Assembly (NCBI RefSeq): GCF_009914755.1
Contig: NC_060928.1
Source: the human T2T-CHM13v2.0 reference genome, Homo sapiens
Length of the DNA: 64,000 nucleotides
Strand: one strand, 5' to 3'
Part shown: positions 15,601-31,900 of the stretch, in pieces
Layout: each line of letters starts with the position of its first letter
How positions within the stretch are numbered: the stretch's first letter is position 1
The notes under the pieces: model-generated
What the model saw: the letters and a program-made list of their open reading frames with translations, nothing else
Database searches by the model: none
What the model was told of the DNA's origin: nothing
Made by a program: the position numbers and the translations under genes

Positions 15601-18600
15601 AATACATACATTGGGTACTTTGATATATTATGTACAGTATATAATACTTACTTGGGGTATCTTGATATTTTATGTACAGTATATAATGCATACTTTGGGT
15701 ACTTTGATATTTTATGTACACTATATAATGCATACTTTGAGTACTTTGATATTTTATGTACAGTATGTAATACATACTTTGGGTACTTTGATATTTTATG
15801 TATAGTATATAATACATACTTTGTGTAGTTTGATATTTTATGTACAGTATACAATATATAGTTTGAGTACTTTGATATTTTATGTCCAGTATAAAATATA
15901 TAGTTTTCCTAATTGATATTTTATGTACAGAATATAGTTTGAGTACTTTGATATTTTATGTACACTTTATTATAAATGTTTGGGTACTTTCATATTTTAT
16001 GTACAGTATATAATACATACTTTGGTCTCTTTGATGTTTTATGTACAGTATATAATACATACTTTGGGTTCTTTGATATTTTATGTGCAGAATATAATGC
16101 ATAGTTTTAGGTAATTTTATATTTTATGTACAGAATATAATACATACTTTGGGTACTTTGATATTTTATGTACAGTATATAATACATACTTCGTGTACTT
16201 TGATATTTTATGTACAGTATATAATACATATTATTGGTACTTTGATATTTTATATACAGTATACAATATATAGTTTGAGTACTTTGATATTTTATGTCCA
16301 GTATAAAATACATAGATTTCATACTTTGATATTTTATGTACAGAATATAGTTTGAGTACTTTGATATTTTATGTACACTTTATCATAAAAGTTTGGGTAC
16401 TTTCATATTTTACGTACAGTATATAATACATACTTTGGGCACTTTGATGTTTTATGTACAGTATATAATACATACTTTGGGTTCTTTGACATGTTATGTA
16501 CAGCATATAGTACATAATTTGGGGACTTTTATATTTTATGTACATTATATAATACATACTTTGGGTACTTTTATATTTTATGTACGGTATATAATACATA
16601 CTTTGGGTACTTTGATATATTATGTACAGTATATAATACATACTTTGGGTACTTTGATATATTATGTACAGTATATAATACATACTTAGGGTACTTTGAC
16701 ATTTTATGTACAGTACATAATACATACTTTCGGTACTTTGATATTTTATGTACAGTATATAATACATACTTTGGGTACTTTGATATTTTATGTACAGTAT
16801 ATAATACATGTTTTGGGTACTTTTACATTTTATGTACAGTACATAATATATAGTTTGGGTACTTTGATATTTTATGTACGGTATATAATACATACTTTGG
16901 GTACTTTGATATTTTATGTACAGTATATAATACATACTTTGGGTACTTTGATATTTTATGTACAGTATATAATACATACTTTGGGTACTTTGATATTTAA
17001 TGTACAGTATATAATACACACTTTGCGTACTTTGATATTTTATGTAAAGTATGTAATACATACTTTGGGTACTTTGATATTTTATGTACAGTATGTAATA
17101 CACGCTTTGGGTACTTTGATATTTTATGTAGAGTATGTAAAACATACTTTGGGTAGTTTGTTATTTTATGATCAGTATATAATACATATTTTGGGTACTT
17201 TGATATTTTATGTACAGTATATAATACATACTTTGGGTACTTTGATATTTTATGTACAGTATATAATGCATAATTTGGGTACTTCAATAGTTTATGCACA
17301 GTATATAATACATACTTTGGGTAATTTGATATTTTATGTACAGTATATAATGCATACTTTGGGTACTTTGATAGTTTATGTACAGTATACAATACATACT
17401 TTGGGTACTTTGATATTTTATGTACAGTATATAATATGTAGTTTGGGTACTTTGATATTTTAACTACAGTATATAATACATACTTTGGGTACTTTGATAT
17501 TTTATCTACAGTATATAATAGATACTTTGGGTACTTTGATATATTATGTACAGTATATAATACATAGTTTGGTTACTTTGATATTTTTTGTACAGTATGT
17601 AAAACATACTTTGGGGAGTTTGATATTTTATGAACAGTATATAATACACATTTTGGGTACTTTGATATTTTATGTACGGTATATAATACATACTTTGGGT
17701 ACTTTGATATTTTATGTACAGTATATAATTCATACTTTGGGTACTTTGATATTTTATGTACAGTATATAATACATACATTGGGTACTTCGATATTTTATG
17801 TGCAGTACCCTATATATAGTTTGGGTACTTTGATATTTTATGTCCAGTATAAAATAAATAGTTTTGGTACTTTGATATTTTATGTACAGTATATAGTTTG
17901 AGTACTTTGATATTTAATGTTCAGTTTATTATAAATGTTTGGGTGCTTTCATATTTTATATACAGTATATAATACATACTTTGGGCACTTTGATATTTTC
18001 TGTACAGTATATAATACATACTTTGGGTACTTTGATATTTTATGTACGGTATATAATACATACATTGGGTACTTTGATATTTTATGTAAAGTATATAATA
18101 TATAGTTTGGTTACTTTGATATTTTATATACAGTATATAATATATATTATGTGTACTTTGATATATTATGTACAGTATATAATATATAGTATGGGTTGTT
18201 TGATATTTTATGTACAGTATATAATATATAGTTTGGGTAGTTTGATATTTTTAGTACAGTATGTAATATATAGTTTGTTTTATTTGATATTTTATGTACA
18301 GTATACAATATATAGTATTGGTACTTTGATATTTCATGTAAAGTATATAGTTTGAGTACTTTGATATTTTATATGCAGTTTATTATAAATGTTTGGGTAC
18401 CTTCATATTTTATGTACAGTATATAATACATACTTTGGGAACTTTTATTTTATGTGCAGTATATAATACATACTTTGGGTACTTTGATATTTCATGTACA
18501 GTATATAATACACACTTTGGGTACTTTGATATTTTATGTACAGTATATAATACACACTTTGGGTAGTTTGATATTTTATGTACAGTATATAATACATACT

Positions 18601-21600
18601 TTGGGTACTTTGATGTATTATGTACAGTATATAATACATACTTTGGGTACTTTGATATTTTATGTACAGTATATAATACATACTTTGGGTACTTTGATAT
18701 TTTATGTACAGTATGTAATACATAATTTGGGTACTTTAATATTTTATGTATAGTATATAATACTTACTTTGGGTACTTTGATATTTTATGGACAGTGTAT
18801 AATACATACTTTGGGTTCTTTGATATTTTATGTACAGTATATAACATATAGTTTGGGTACTTTGATATTTTATATACAGTATATAATACATACTTTGGGT
18901 ACTTTGATATTTTATGTACAGTATATAATACATACTTTGGGTACTTTGATATTTCATGCACAGTATACAATATATAGTTTGAGTACTTTGATATTTTATG
19001 TACTGAATAAAATATATAGTTTTCGTACTTTGATATTTTATGTACAGTATATAGTTTGAGTACGTTGATATTTTATGAACAGTTTGTTATAAATGTTTGG
19101 GTGCTTTCATATTTTATGTACAGTATATAATACATACTTTGGGCACTTTGATATCTTATGTACAGTATATAATACATACTTTGGGTTCTCTGATATTTTC
19201 TGTACAGTGTATAATACATAATTTGGGTACTTTGATATTTTATGTACAGCATATAATACATACGTTGGGTACTTTGATATATTATGTACAGTATATAATA
19301 CATACTTTGGGTACTTTGATATTTTATGTACAGTATATAATCCATAGTTTGTGTACTTTTATATTTTATGTACAGTATATAATACATACTTTGGGTACTT
19401 TGATATTTTATGTACAGTACATAATACATACTTTGGGTACTTTCATGTTTTATGTACAGTATATAATATATAGTTTGGGTACTTTGATATTTTATCTACA
19501 GCTTATAATATTTACTTTGGGTAATTTGATATTTTATGTACAGTATATAATACATACTTTGGGTAGTTTGATATTTTATGTACAGTATACAATATATAGT
19601 TTGAGTACTTTGATATTTTATGTGCAGTATAAAATATATAGTGTTGGTACTTTGATGTTTTATGTACAGTATATATTTTGAGTACTTTGATATTTTGTGT
19701 ACAGTTTATTATAAATGTTTGGGTACTTTCATATTTGATGTACAGTATATAATACATAATTTGGGCACTTTGATATTTTATGTACAGTATATAATACATA
19801 CTTTGGGTACTTTTATATTTTATGTACAGTATATAATACATACTCTGGGCACTTTGATATTTAATGTACAGTATATAATACACACTTTGCGTACTTTGAT
19901 ATTTTATGTAACGTATGTAATACATACTTTGGGTAGTTTGATATTTTATGTACAGTATGTAATACACACTTTGGGTAATTTGATATTTTATGTACAGTAT
20001 GTAAAACATACTTTGGGTAGTTTGATATATTATGTACAGTATATAATACATACTTTGGGTACTCTGATATTTTATGTACAGTGTATAATACATACTTTGG
20101 GTACTTTGATATTTTATGTACAGTATATAATACATACATTGGGTACTTTGATATATTATGTACAGTATATAATACTTACTTGGGGTATCTTGATATTTTA
20201 TGTACAGTATATAATGCATACTTTGGGTACTTTGATATTTTATGTACAGTATATAATGCATACTTTGAGTACTTTGATATTTTATGTACAGTATGTAATA
20301 CATACTATGGGTACTTTGATATTTTATGTATAGTATATAATACATACTTTGTGTAGTTTGATATTTTATGTACAGTATACAATATATAGTTTGAGTACTT
20401 TGATATTTTATGTCCAGTATAAAATATATAGTTTTCCTAATTGATATTTTATGTACAGAATATAGTTTGAGTACTTTGATATTTTATGTACACTTTATTA
20501 TAAATGTTTGGGTAATTTCATATTTTATGTACAGTATATAATACATACTTTGGTCTCTTTGATGTTTTATGTACAGTATATAATACATACTTTGTGTTCT
20601 TTGATATTTTATGTGCAGAATATAATGCATAGTTTTAGGTACTTTTATATTTTATGTACAGTATATAATACATACTTTGGGTACTTTGATATTTTATGTA
20701 CAGTATATAATACATACTTTGGGTACTTTGATATTTTATGTACAGTATATAATACATATTATTGGTACTTTGATATTTTATGTACAGTATACAATATATA
20801 GTTTGAGTACTTTGATATTTTATGTCCAGTATAAAATACATAGATTTCATACTTTGATATTTTATGTACAGAATATAGTTTGAGTACTTTGATATTTTAT
20901 GTACACTTTATCATAAAAGTTTGGGTACTTTAATATTTTACGTACAGTATTTAATACATACTTTGGGCACTTTGATGTTTTATGTACAGTATATAATACA
21001 TACTTTGGGTTCTTTGATATGTTATGTACAGCATATAGTACATAATTTGGGGACTTTTATATTTTATGTACATTATATAATACATAATTTGGGGACTTTT
21101 ATATTTTATGTACATTATATTATACATACTTTGGGTACTTTTATATTTTATGTACGGTATATAATACACACTTTGGGTACTTTGATATATTATGTACAGT
21201 ATATAATACATACTTTGGGTACTTTGATATATTATGTACAGTATATAATACATACTAAGGGTACTTTGACATTTTATGTACAGTACATAATACATACTTT
21301 GGGTACTTTGATATTTTATGTACAGTATATAATGCATACTTTGGATACTATGATATTTTATATACAGTATATAATACATACTTTGGGTACTTTTATATTT
21401 TATGTACAGTATATAATATATAGTTTGGGTACTTTGATATTTTATGTACGGTATATAATACATACTTTGGGTACTTTGATATTTTATGTACAGTATATAA
21501 TACATACTTTGGGTACTCTGATATTTTATGTACAGTATACAATATATAGTTTGAATACTTTGATATTTTATGTACTGTATAAAATATATAGTTTTCGTAC

Positions 21601-24600
21601 TTTGATATTTTATGTACAATATATAGTTTGAGTACTTTGATATTTTATGTACAGTTTTTTATAAATGTTTCGGTGCTTTCATATTTTATGTACAGTATAT
21701 AATACATACAAAGGGCACTTTGATATTTTATGTACAGTATATAATACATACTTTGGGTACTCTGATATTTTATGTACAGTGTATAATACATACTTTGGGT
21801 ACTTTGATATTTTATGTACAATATATAATACATACGTTGGGAACTTTGTTATATTATGTACAGTATATAATACATACTTTGGGTACTTTGATATTTTATC
21901 TACAGTATACAACACATAGTTTGTGTACTTTGATATTTTAGGTACAGTATATAATACATACTTTGGGTACTTTGATATTTTATGTACAGTATATAATACA
22001 TACATTGGGTACTTTCATATTTTATGTACAGTATATAATATATAGTTTGGTTACTTTGATATTTCATCTACAGCTTATAATACATACTTTGGATACTTTG
22101 ATACTTTATGTACAGTATATAAGACATAATTTGGGTACTTTGTTATTTTATGTACAGTATACAATATATAGTTTGAGTACTTTGATATTTTATGTGCAGT
22201 ATAAAATATATAGTTTTGGTACTTTCATATTTTATGTACAGTATATAGTTTGAGTACTTTGATATTTTATGTACAGTTTTTTATAAATGTTTGGGTGCTT
22301 TCATATTTTATGTACAGTATATAATACATACTAAGGGCACTTTGATATTTTATGTACAGTATATAATACATACCTTGGGTACTTTGATATTTTATGTACA
22401 GTATATAATACATAGTTTGGGTATTTTGATACTTTATGTACAGTATATAATACATACTTTGGGTACTTTGATATTTTATGTACAGTATATAATACATACT
22501 TTGGGAACTTTGATATTTTATGTACAGTATGTAGAACATACTTTGGGTACTTTGATATTTTATGTACAGGATATAATGCATACTTTGGGTACTTTGATAG
22601 TTTATGTACAGTATATAATACATACTTTGGGTACTTTGATATTTTATGTATAGTATAAAATATATAGTTTGGGTACTTTGATATTTTATGTACAGTATGT
22701 AAAACATACTTTGGGGAGTTTGATATTTTATGTACAGTATGTAAAACATACTTTGGGGAGTTTGATATTTTATGAACAGTATATAATACACATTTTGTGT
22801 ACTTTGATATTTTATGTAAAGTATATAATACATACTTTGGGTACTTTGATATTTTATGTACAGTATATATTACATACTTTGGGTACTTTGATATTTTATG
22901 TACAGTATACAATATATAGTTTGAGTACTTTGATATTTTATGTACTGTATAAAATATATAGTTTTGGTACTTTGATATTTTATGTACAGTATATAGTTTG
23001 AGTACTTTGATATTTTATGTACAGTTTGTTATAAATATTTTGGTGCTTTCATATTTTATGTACTGTATATAATACATGCTTTGGGCACTTTGATATTTTA
23101 TGTACAGTATATAATACATACTTTGGGTAATCTGATATTTTATGTACAGTGTATAATATATACTTTGGGTACTTTGATATTTTATGTACACTATATAATA
23201 CATACTATTGGTACTTTGATATTTTATGTACAGTATACAATATATAGTTTGAGTACTTTGATATTTTATGTCCAGTATAAAATATACAGATTTCGTACTT
23301 TGATATTTTATGTACAGAATATAGTTTGAGTACTTTGATATTTTATGTACACTTTATTATAAAAGTTTGGGTACTTTCATATTTTACGTACAGTATATAA
23401 TACATACTTTGGGCACTTTGATGTTTTATGCACAGTATATAATACATACTTTGGGTACTTTTATATTTTATGTACAGTATATAATACATAGTTTGGGTAC
23501 TTTGATATTTAATATACAGTATATAATGCACACTTTGCGTACTTTGATATTTTATGTAAAGTATGTAATACATACTTTGGGTAGTTTGATATTTTATGTA
23601 CAGTATGTAATACACACTTTGGGTACTTTGATATTTTATGTACAGTATGTAAAACATACTTTGGGTAGTTTGATATATTATGATCAGTATATAATACACA
23701 TTTTGGGTACTTTGATATTTTATGTACAGTGTATAATACATACTTTGGGTACTTTGATATTTTATGTACAGGATATAATGCATACTTTGGGTACTTTGAT
23801 AGTTTATGTACAGTATATAATACTTACTTTGGGTACTTTGATATTTTATATATAGTATAAAATATATAGTTTGGGTAGTTTGATACTTTAAGTATAGTAT
23901 ATGATACATATTTTTAGTACTTAGATATTTTATCTACAGTGTATAATAAATACTATGGGTACTTTGATATATTATGTACAATAGATAATACATGCTTTGG
24001 GTACTTTGATATTTTATGTACAGTATATAATACATACTTTGGGTACTTTGATATTTTATGTACAGTATATAATACATACATTGGGTGCTTTCATATTTCA
24101 TGTACACTATATAATATATAGTTTGGGTACTTTGGTATATTATGTACTGTATATAATACATACTTTGAGTATTTTGATATTTTATGTACAGTATATAATA
24201 CATACTTTGGGTACTTTGATATTTTATGTACAGTATATAATGCATAATTTGGGTACTTCAATAGTTTATGCACAGTATATAATACATACTTTGGGTAATT
24301 TGATATTTTATGTACAGTATATAATGCATACTTTGGGTACTTTGATAGTTTATGTACAGTATACAATACATACTTTGGGTACTTTGATATTTTATGTACA
24401 GTATATAATATGTAGTTTGGGTACTTTGATATTTTAACTACAGTATATAATACATACTTTGGGTACTTTGATATTTTATCTACAGTATATAACAGATACT
24501 TTGGGTACTTTGATATATTATGTACAGTATATAATACATAGTTTGGTTACTTTGATATTTTTTGTACAGTATGTAAAACATACTTTGGGGAGTTTGATAT

Positions 24601-25529
24601 TTTATGAACAGTATATAATACACATTTTGGGTACTTTGATATTTTATGTACGGTATATAATACATACTTTGGGTACTTTGATATTTTATGTACAGTATAT
24701 AATTCATACTTTGGGTACTTTGATATTTTATGTACAGTATATAATACATACTTTGGGTACTTTGATATTTTATGTACAGTATATAATACATACTTTGGGT
24801 ACTTTAATATTTTATGTAGAGTATATAATACCTACTTTGGGTACTTTGATATTTTGTGGAAAGTATATAATACATGCTTTGGGTAAGTTGATATTTTATG
24901 TACAGTATATAATATATAGTTTGGGTATTTTGATATTTTATATACAGTATATAATACATACTTTGCCTACTTTGATATTTTTTGTACAGTATATAAAACA
25001 TACTTTGGGGAGTTTGATATTTTATGAACAGTATATAATACACATTTTGGGTACTTTGATATTTTATGTACAGTATATAATACATACTTTGGGTACTTTG
25101 ATATTTTACGTACAGTATATAATACATACGTTGGGTACTTTGATATTTTATGTACAGTATATAATACATACATTGGGTACTTCTATATTTTATGTGCAGT
25201 ACCGTATATATAGTTTGGGTATTTTGATATTTTATGTCCAGTATAAAATAAATAGTTTTGTTACTTTGATATTTTATGTACAGGTTATAGTTTGAGTACT
25301 TTGATATTTAATGTTCAGTTTATTATAAATGTTTGGGTGCTTTCATATTTTATATACAGTATATAATACATAGTTTGGGCGCCTTGATGTTTTATGTATA
25401 GTATATAATACATACTTTGGGTACTTTGATGTATTATGTACAGTATATAATACATACTTTGGGTACTTTGATATTTTATGTACAGTATATAATACATACT
25501 TTGGGTACTTTGATATTTTATGTACAGTA

Positions 25530-25990
25530 TGTAATACATAATTTGGGTACTTTAATATTTTATGTGTAGTATATAATACATACTTTGGGTACTTTGATAT
25601 TTTATGTACAGTATATAATACATACATTGGGTACTTTCATATTTCATGTACAGTATATAATATATAGTTTGGGTACTTTGGTATATTATGTACTGTATAT
25701 AATACATACTTTGAGTACTTTGATATTTTATGTACAGTATATAATACATACTTTGAGTACTTTGATATTTTATGTACAGTATGTAATACATAATTTGGGT
25801 ACTTTAATATTTTATGTATAGTATATAATACATACTTTGGGTACTTTGATATTTTATGTACAGTATATAATATATACATTGGGTACTTTCATATTTCATG
25901 TACAGTATATAATATATAGTTTGGGTACTTTGGTATATTATGTACTGTATATAATACATACTTTGAGTACTTTGATATTTTATGTACAGT
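25530..25990. repeat. Tandem duplication of a 252-bp (6-monomer) segment
   Basis: GTAATACATAATTTGGGTACTTTAAT...ACATTGGGTACTTTCATATTTCATG...TTTGGTATATTATGTACTG is repeated at +252 (ORF starts 25585/25837). Confidence 0.85.
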
Positions 25991-28900
25991 ATATAATATA
26001 TAGTTTGGGTACTTTGATATTTTATATACAATATATAATATGTATTATGTGTACTTTGATATATTATGTACAGTATATAATATATAGTATGGGTTGTTTG
26101 ATATTATATGTACAGTATATAATATATAGTTTGGGTAGTTTGATATTTTTAGTACAGTATGTAATATATAGTTTGTTTTATTTGATATTTTATGTACAGT
26201 ATACAATATATAGTATTGGTACGTTCATATTTCATGTAAAGTATATAGTTTGAGTACTTTGATATTTTATATGCAGTTTATTATAAATGTTTTGGTACTT
26301 TCATATTTTATGTACAGTATATAATACATACTTTGGGAACTTTTATTTTATGTGCAGTATATAATACATACTTTGGGTACTTTGATATTTCATGTACAGT
26401 ATATAATACACACTTTGGGTACTTTGATATTTTATGTACAGTATATAATACACACTTTGGGTACTTTGATATTTTATGTACAGTATATAATACATACTTT
26501 GGTACTTTTATATTTCATGTACAGTATATAATATATAGTTTGGGTACTTTGATATTTTATGTACAGTATATAATACATAGTTTGGGTATTTTGATATTTT
26601 ATGTACAGTATATAATACATACTTTGGGTACTTTGATATTTTATGTACAGTATGTAATATATAGTTTGGGTACTTTGATATTTTATGTGCAGTATATAAC
26701 ACATACTTTCGGTAGTTGGATATTTTATGTACAGTATATAATACATACTTTCGGTACTTCGATATTTGATGTACAGTATACTATATATAGATGGGTACTT
26801 TGATATTTTATGTCGGGTATAAAATAAATAGTTTTGGTACTTAGATATTTTATGTACAGTATATAGTTTGAGTACTTTGATATTTTATGTACAGTTTGTT
26901 ATAAATGGGTGCTTTCATATTTTATGTACAGTATATAATACATACTATGGGCACTTTGATATTTTATGTACAGTATATAATACATACTTTGGGTACTTTG
27001 ATATTTTATGCACACTACATAATACATACTTTGGGTACTTTGATATTTTATGTACAGTATGTAATACATAATTTGGGTACTTTTATATTTTATGTATAGT
27101 ATATAATATTTACTTTGGGTACTTTGATATTTTATGGACAGTGTATAATACATACTTTGGGTACTTTGATATTTTATGTACAGTATATAACATATAGTGT
27201 GGGTAATTTGATATTTTATATACAGTATATAATACATAATTTGGGTACTTTGATATTTTATGTACAGTATATAATACATACTTTGGGTACTTTGATATTT
27301 CATGCACAGTATACAATATATAGTTTGAGTACTTTGATATTTTATGTACTGTATAAAATATATAGTTTTGGTACTTTGATATTTTATGTACAGTATATAG
27401 TTTGAGTACTTTGATATTTTATGTACAGTTTGTTATAAATGTTTGGGTGCTTTCATATTTTATGTACAGTATATAATACATACTTTGGGCACTTTGATAT
27501 CTTATGTACAGTATATAATACATACTTTGGGTTCTCTGATATTTTCTGTACAGTGTATAATACATACTTTGGGTACTTTGATATTTTATGTACAATATAT
27601 AATACATACGTTGGGAACTTTGATATATTATGTACAGTATACAATACATACTTTGGGTACTTTGATATTTTATCTACAGTATACAACACATAGTTTGTAT
27701 ACTTTGATATTTTATGTACAGTATATAATACATACTTTGGGTACTTTGATATTTTATGTACAGTACATAATACATACTTTGGGTATTTTCATATTTTATG
27801 TACAGTATATAATATATAGTTTGGTTACTTTGATATTTTATCTACAGTTTATAATACATACTTTGGATACTTTGAAACTTTATGTACAGTATATAATACG
27901 TAATTTGGGTACTTTGATATTTTATGTACAGTATACAATATATAGTTTGAGTACTTTAATATTTTATGTGCAGTATAAAATATATAGTTTTGGTACTTTC
28001 ATATTTTATGTACAGTATATAGTTTGAGTACTTTGATATTTTATGTACAGTTTTTTATAAATGTTTGGGTGCTTTCATATTTTATGTACAGTATATAATA
28101 CATACTAAGGGCACTTTGATATTTTATGTACAGTATATAATACATACTTTGGGTACTTTGATATTTTATGTACGTCATATAATATATAGTTTGGGTACTT
28201 TGATATTTTATGTACAGTATATAATACATACCTTGGGTACTTTGATATTTTATGTACAGTATATAATATATAGTTTGGGTATTTTGATATTTTATGTACA
28301 GTATATAATACATACTTTGGGTACTTTGATATTTTATGTACAGTATATAATACATACTTTGGGAACTTTGATATTTTATGTACAGTATGTAAAACATACT
28401 TTGGGTACTTTGATATTTTATGTACAGGATATAATGCATACTTTGGGTACTTTGATAGTTTATGTACAGTCTATAATACATACTTTGGGTACTTTGATAT
28501 TTTATGTATAGTATAAAATATATAGTTTGGGTACTTTGATATTTTATGTACAGTATGTAAAAGATACTTTGGGGAGTTTGATATTTTATGTACAGTATGT
28601 AAAACATACTTTGGGGAGTTTGATATTTTATGAACAGTATATAATACACATTTTGTGTACTTTGATATTTTGTGTACAGTATATAATACATACTTTGGGT
28701 ACTTTCATATTTTATGTACAGTATATATTACATACTTTGGGTACTTTGATATTTTATGTACAGTATACAATATATAGTTTGAGTACTTTGATATTTTATG
28801 TACTGTATAAAATATATAGTTTTGGTACTTTGATATTTTATGTACAGTATATAGTTTGAGTACTTTGATATTTTATGTACAGTTTGTTATAACTATTTTG

Positions 28901-31900
28901 GTGCTTTCATATTTTATGTACTGTATAAAATACATGCTTTGGGCACTTTGATATTTTATGTACAGTATATAATACATACTTTGTGTACTCTGATATTTTA
29001 TGTACAGTGTATAATACATACTTTGGGTACTTTGATATTTTATGTACAGTATATAATACATACATTGGGTACTTTGATATATTATGTACAGTATATAATA
29101 CTTACTTGGGGTACTTTGATATTTTATGTACAGTATATAATACATAGTTTGTGTACTTTGATATTTTATGTACAGTATATAATACATACTTTGGATACTT
29201 TGATATTTTATGTACAGTATATAATACATACTTTGGGTATCTTGATATTTTATGTACAGTATATAATGCATACTTTGCGTACTTTGATATTTTATGTACA
29301 GTATATAATGCATACTTTGGGTACTTTGATATTTTATGTACAGCATGTAATACATACTTTGGGTACTTTGATATTTTATGTATAGTATATAATACATACT
29401 TTGTGTAGTTTGATATTTTATGTACAGTATACAATATATAGTTTGAGTACTTTGTTATTTTATGTGCAGTATAAAATATATAGTTTTCGTAATTGATATT
29501 TTATGTACAGAATATAGTTTGAATACTTTGATATTTTATGTACACTTTATTATAAATGTTTGGGTACTTTCATATTTTATGTACAGTATATAATACATAC
29601 TTTGGTCTCTTTGATGTTTTATGTACAGTATATAATACATACCTTGGGTTCTTTGATATTTTATGTGCAGAATATAATGCATAGTTTTAGGTACTTTTAT
29701 ATTTTATGTACAGTATATAATACATACTTTGGGTACTTTGATATTTTATGTACAGTATATAATACATACTTTGGGTACTTTGATATTTTATGTACAGTAT
29801 ATAATACATACTTTGGGTACTTTGATATTTTATGTACAGTATATAATACATACATTGGGTACTTCGATATTTTATGTGCAGTACCCTATATATAGTTTGG
29901 GTACTTTGATATTTTATGTCCAGTATAAAATAAATAGTTTTGGTACTTTGATATTTTATGTACAGTATATAGTTTGAGTACTTTGATATTTAATGTTCAG
30001 TTTATTATAAATGTTTGGGTGCTTTCATATTTTATATACAGTATATAATACATACTTTGGGCACTTTGATATTTTCTGTACAGTATATAATACATACTTT
30101 GGGTACTTTGATATTTTATATACGGTATATAATACATACATTGGGTACTTTGATATTTTATGTACAGTATATAATATATAGTTTGGTTACTTTGATATTT
30201 TATATACAGTATATAATATATATTATGTGTACTTTGATATATTATGTACAGTATATAATATATAGTATGGGTTGTTTGATATTATATGTACAGTATATAA
30301 TATATAGTTTGGGTAGTTTGATATTTTTAGTACAGTATGTAATATATAGTTTGTTTTATTTGATATTTTATGTACAGTATACAATATATAGTATTGGTAC
30401 GTTCATATTTCATGTAAAGTATATAGTTTGAGTACTTTGATATTTTATATGCAGTTTATTATAAATGTTTTGGTACTTTCATATTTTATGTACAGTATAT
30501 AATACATACTTTGGGAACTTTTATTTTATGTGCAGTATATAATACATACTTTGGGTACTTTGATATTTCATGTACAGTATATAATACACACTTTGGGTAT
30601 TTTGATATTTTATGTACAGTATATAATACACACTTTGGGTACTTTGATATTTTATGTACAGTATATAATACATACTTTGGTACTTTTATGTTTCATGTAC
30701 AGTATATAATATATAGTTTGGGTACTTTGATATTTTATGTACAGTATATAATACATAGTTTGGGTATTTTGATATTTTATGTACAGTGTATAATACATAC
30801 TTTGGGTACTTTGATATTTTATGTACAGTATGTAATATATAGTTTGGGTACTTTGATATTTTATGTGCAGTATATAACACATACTTTCGGTAGTTGGATA
30901 TTTTATGTACAGTATATAATACATACTTTCGGTACTTCGATATTTGATGTACAGTATACTATATATAGATGGGTACTTTGATATTTTATGTCGGGTATAA
31001 AATAAATAGTTTTGGTACTTAGATATTTTATGTACAGTATATAGTTTGAGTACTTTGATATTTTATGTACAGTTTGTTATAAATGGGTGCTTTCATATTT
31101 TATGTACAGTATATAATACATACTATGGGCACTTTGATATTTTATGTACAGTATATAATACATACTTTGGGTACTTTGATATTTTATGCACACTACATAA
31201 TACATACTTTGGGTACTTTGATATTTTATGTACAGTATGTAATACATAATTTGGGTACTTTTATATTTTATGTATAGTATATAATACTTACTTTGGGTAC
31301 TTTGATATTTTATGGACAGTGTATAATACATACTTTGGGTACTTTGATATTTTATGTACAGTATATAACATATAGTGTGGGTAATTTGATATTTTATATA
31401 CAGTATATAATACATAATTTGGGTACTTTGATATTTTATGTACAGTATATAATACATACTTTGGGTACTTTGATATTACATGCACAGTATACAATATATA
31501 GTTTGAGTACTTTGATATTTTATGTACTGTATAAAATATATAGTTTTGGTACTTTGATATTTTATGTACAGTATATAGTTTGAGTACTTTGATATTTTAT
31601 GTACAGTTTGTTATAAATGTTTGGGTGCTTTCATATTTTATGTACAGTATATAATACATACTTTGGGCACTTTGATATCTTATGTACAGTATATAATACA
31701 TACTTTGGGTTCTCTGATATTTTCTGTACAGTGTATAATACATACTTTGGGTACTTTGATATTTTATGTACAATATATAATACATACGTTGGGAACTTTG
31801 ATATATTATGTACAGTATATAATACATACTTTGGGTACTTTGATATTTTATCTACAGTATACAACACATAGTTTGTATACTTTGATATTTTATGTACAGT

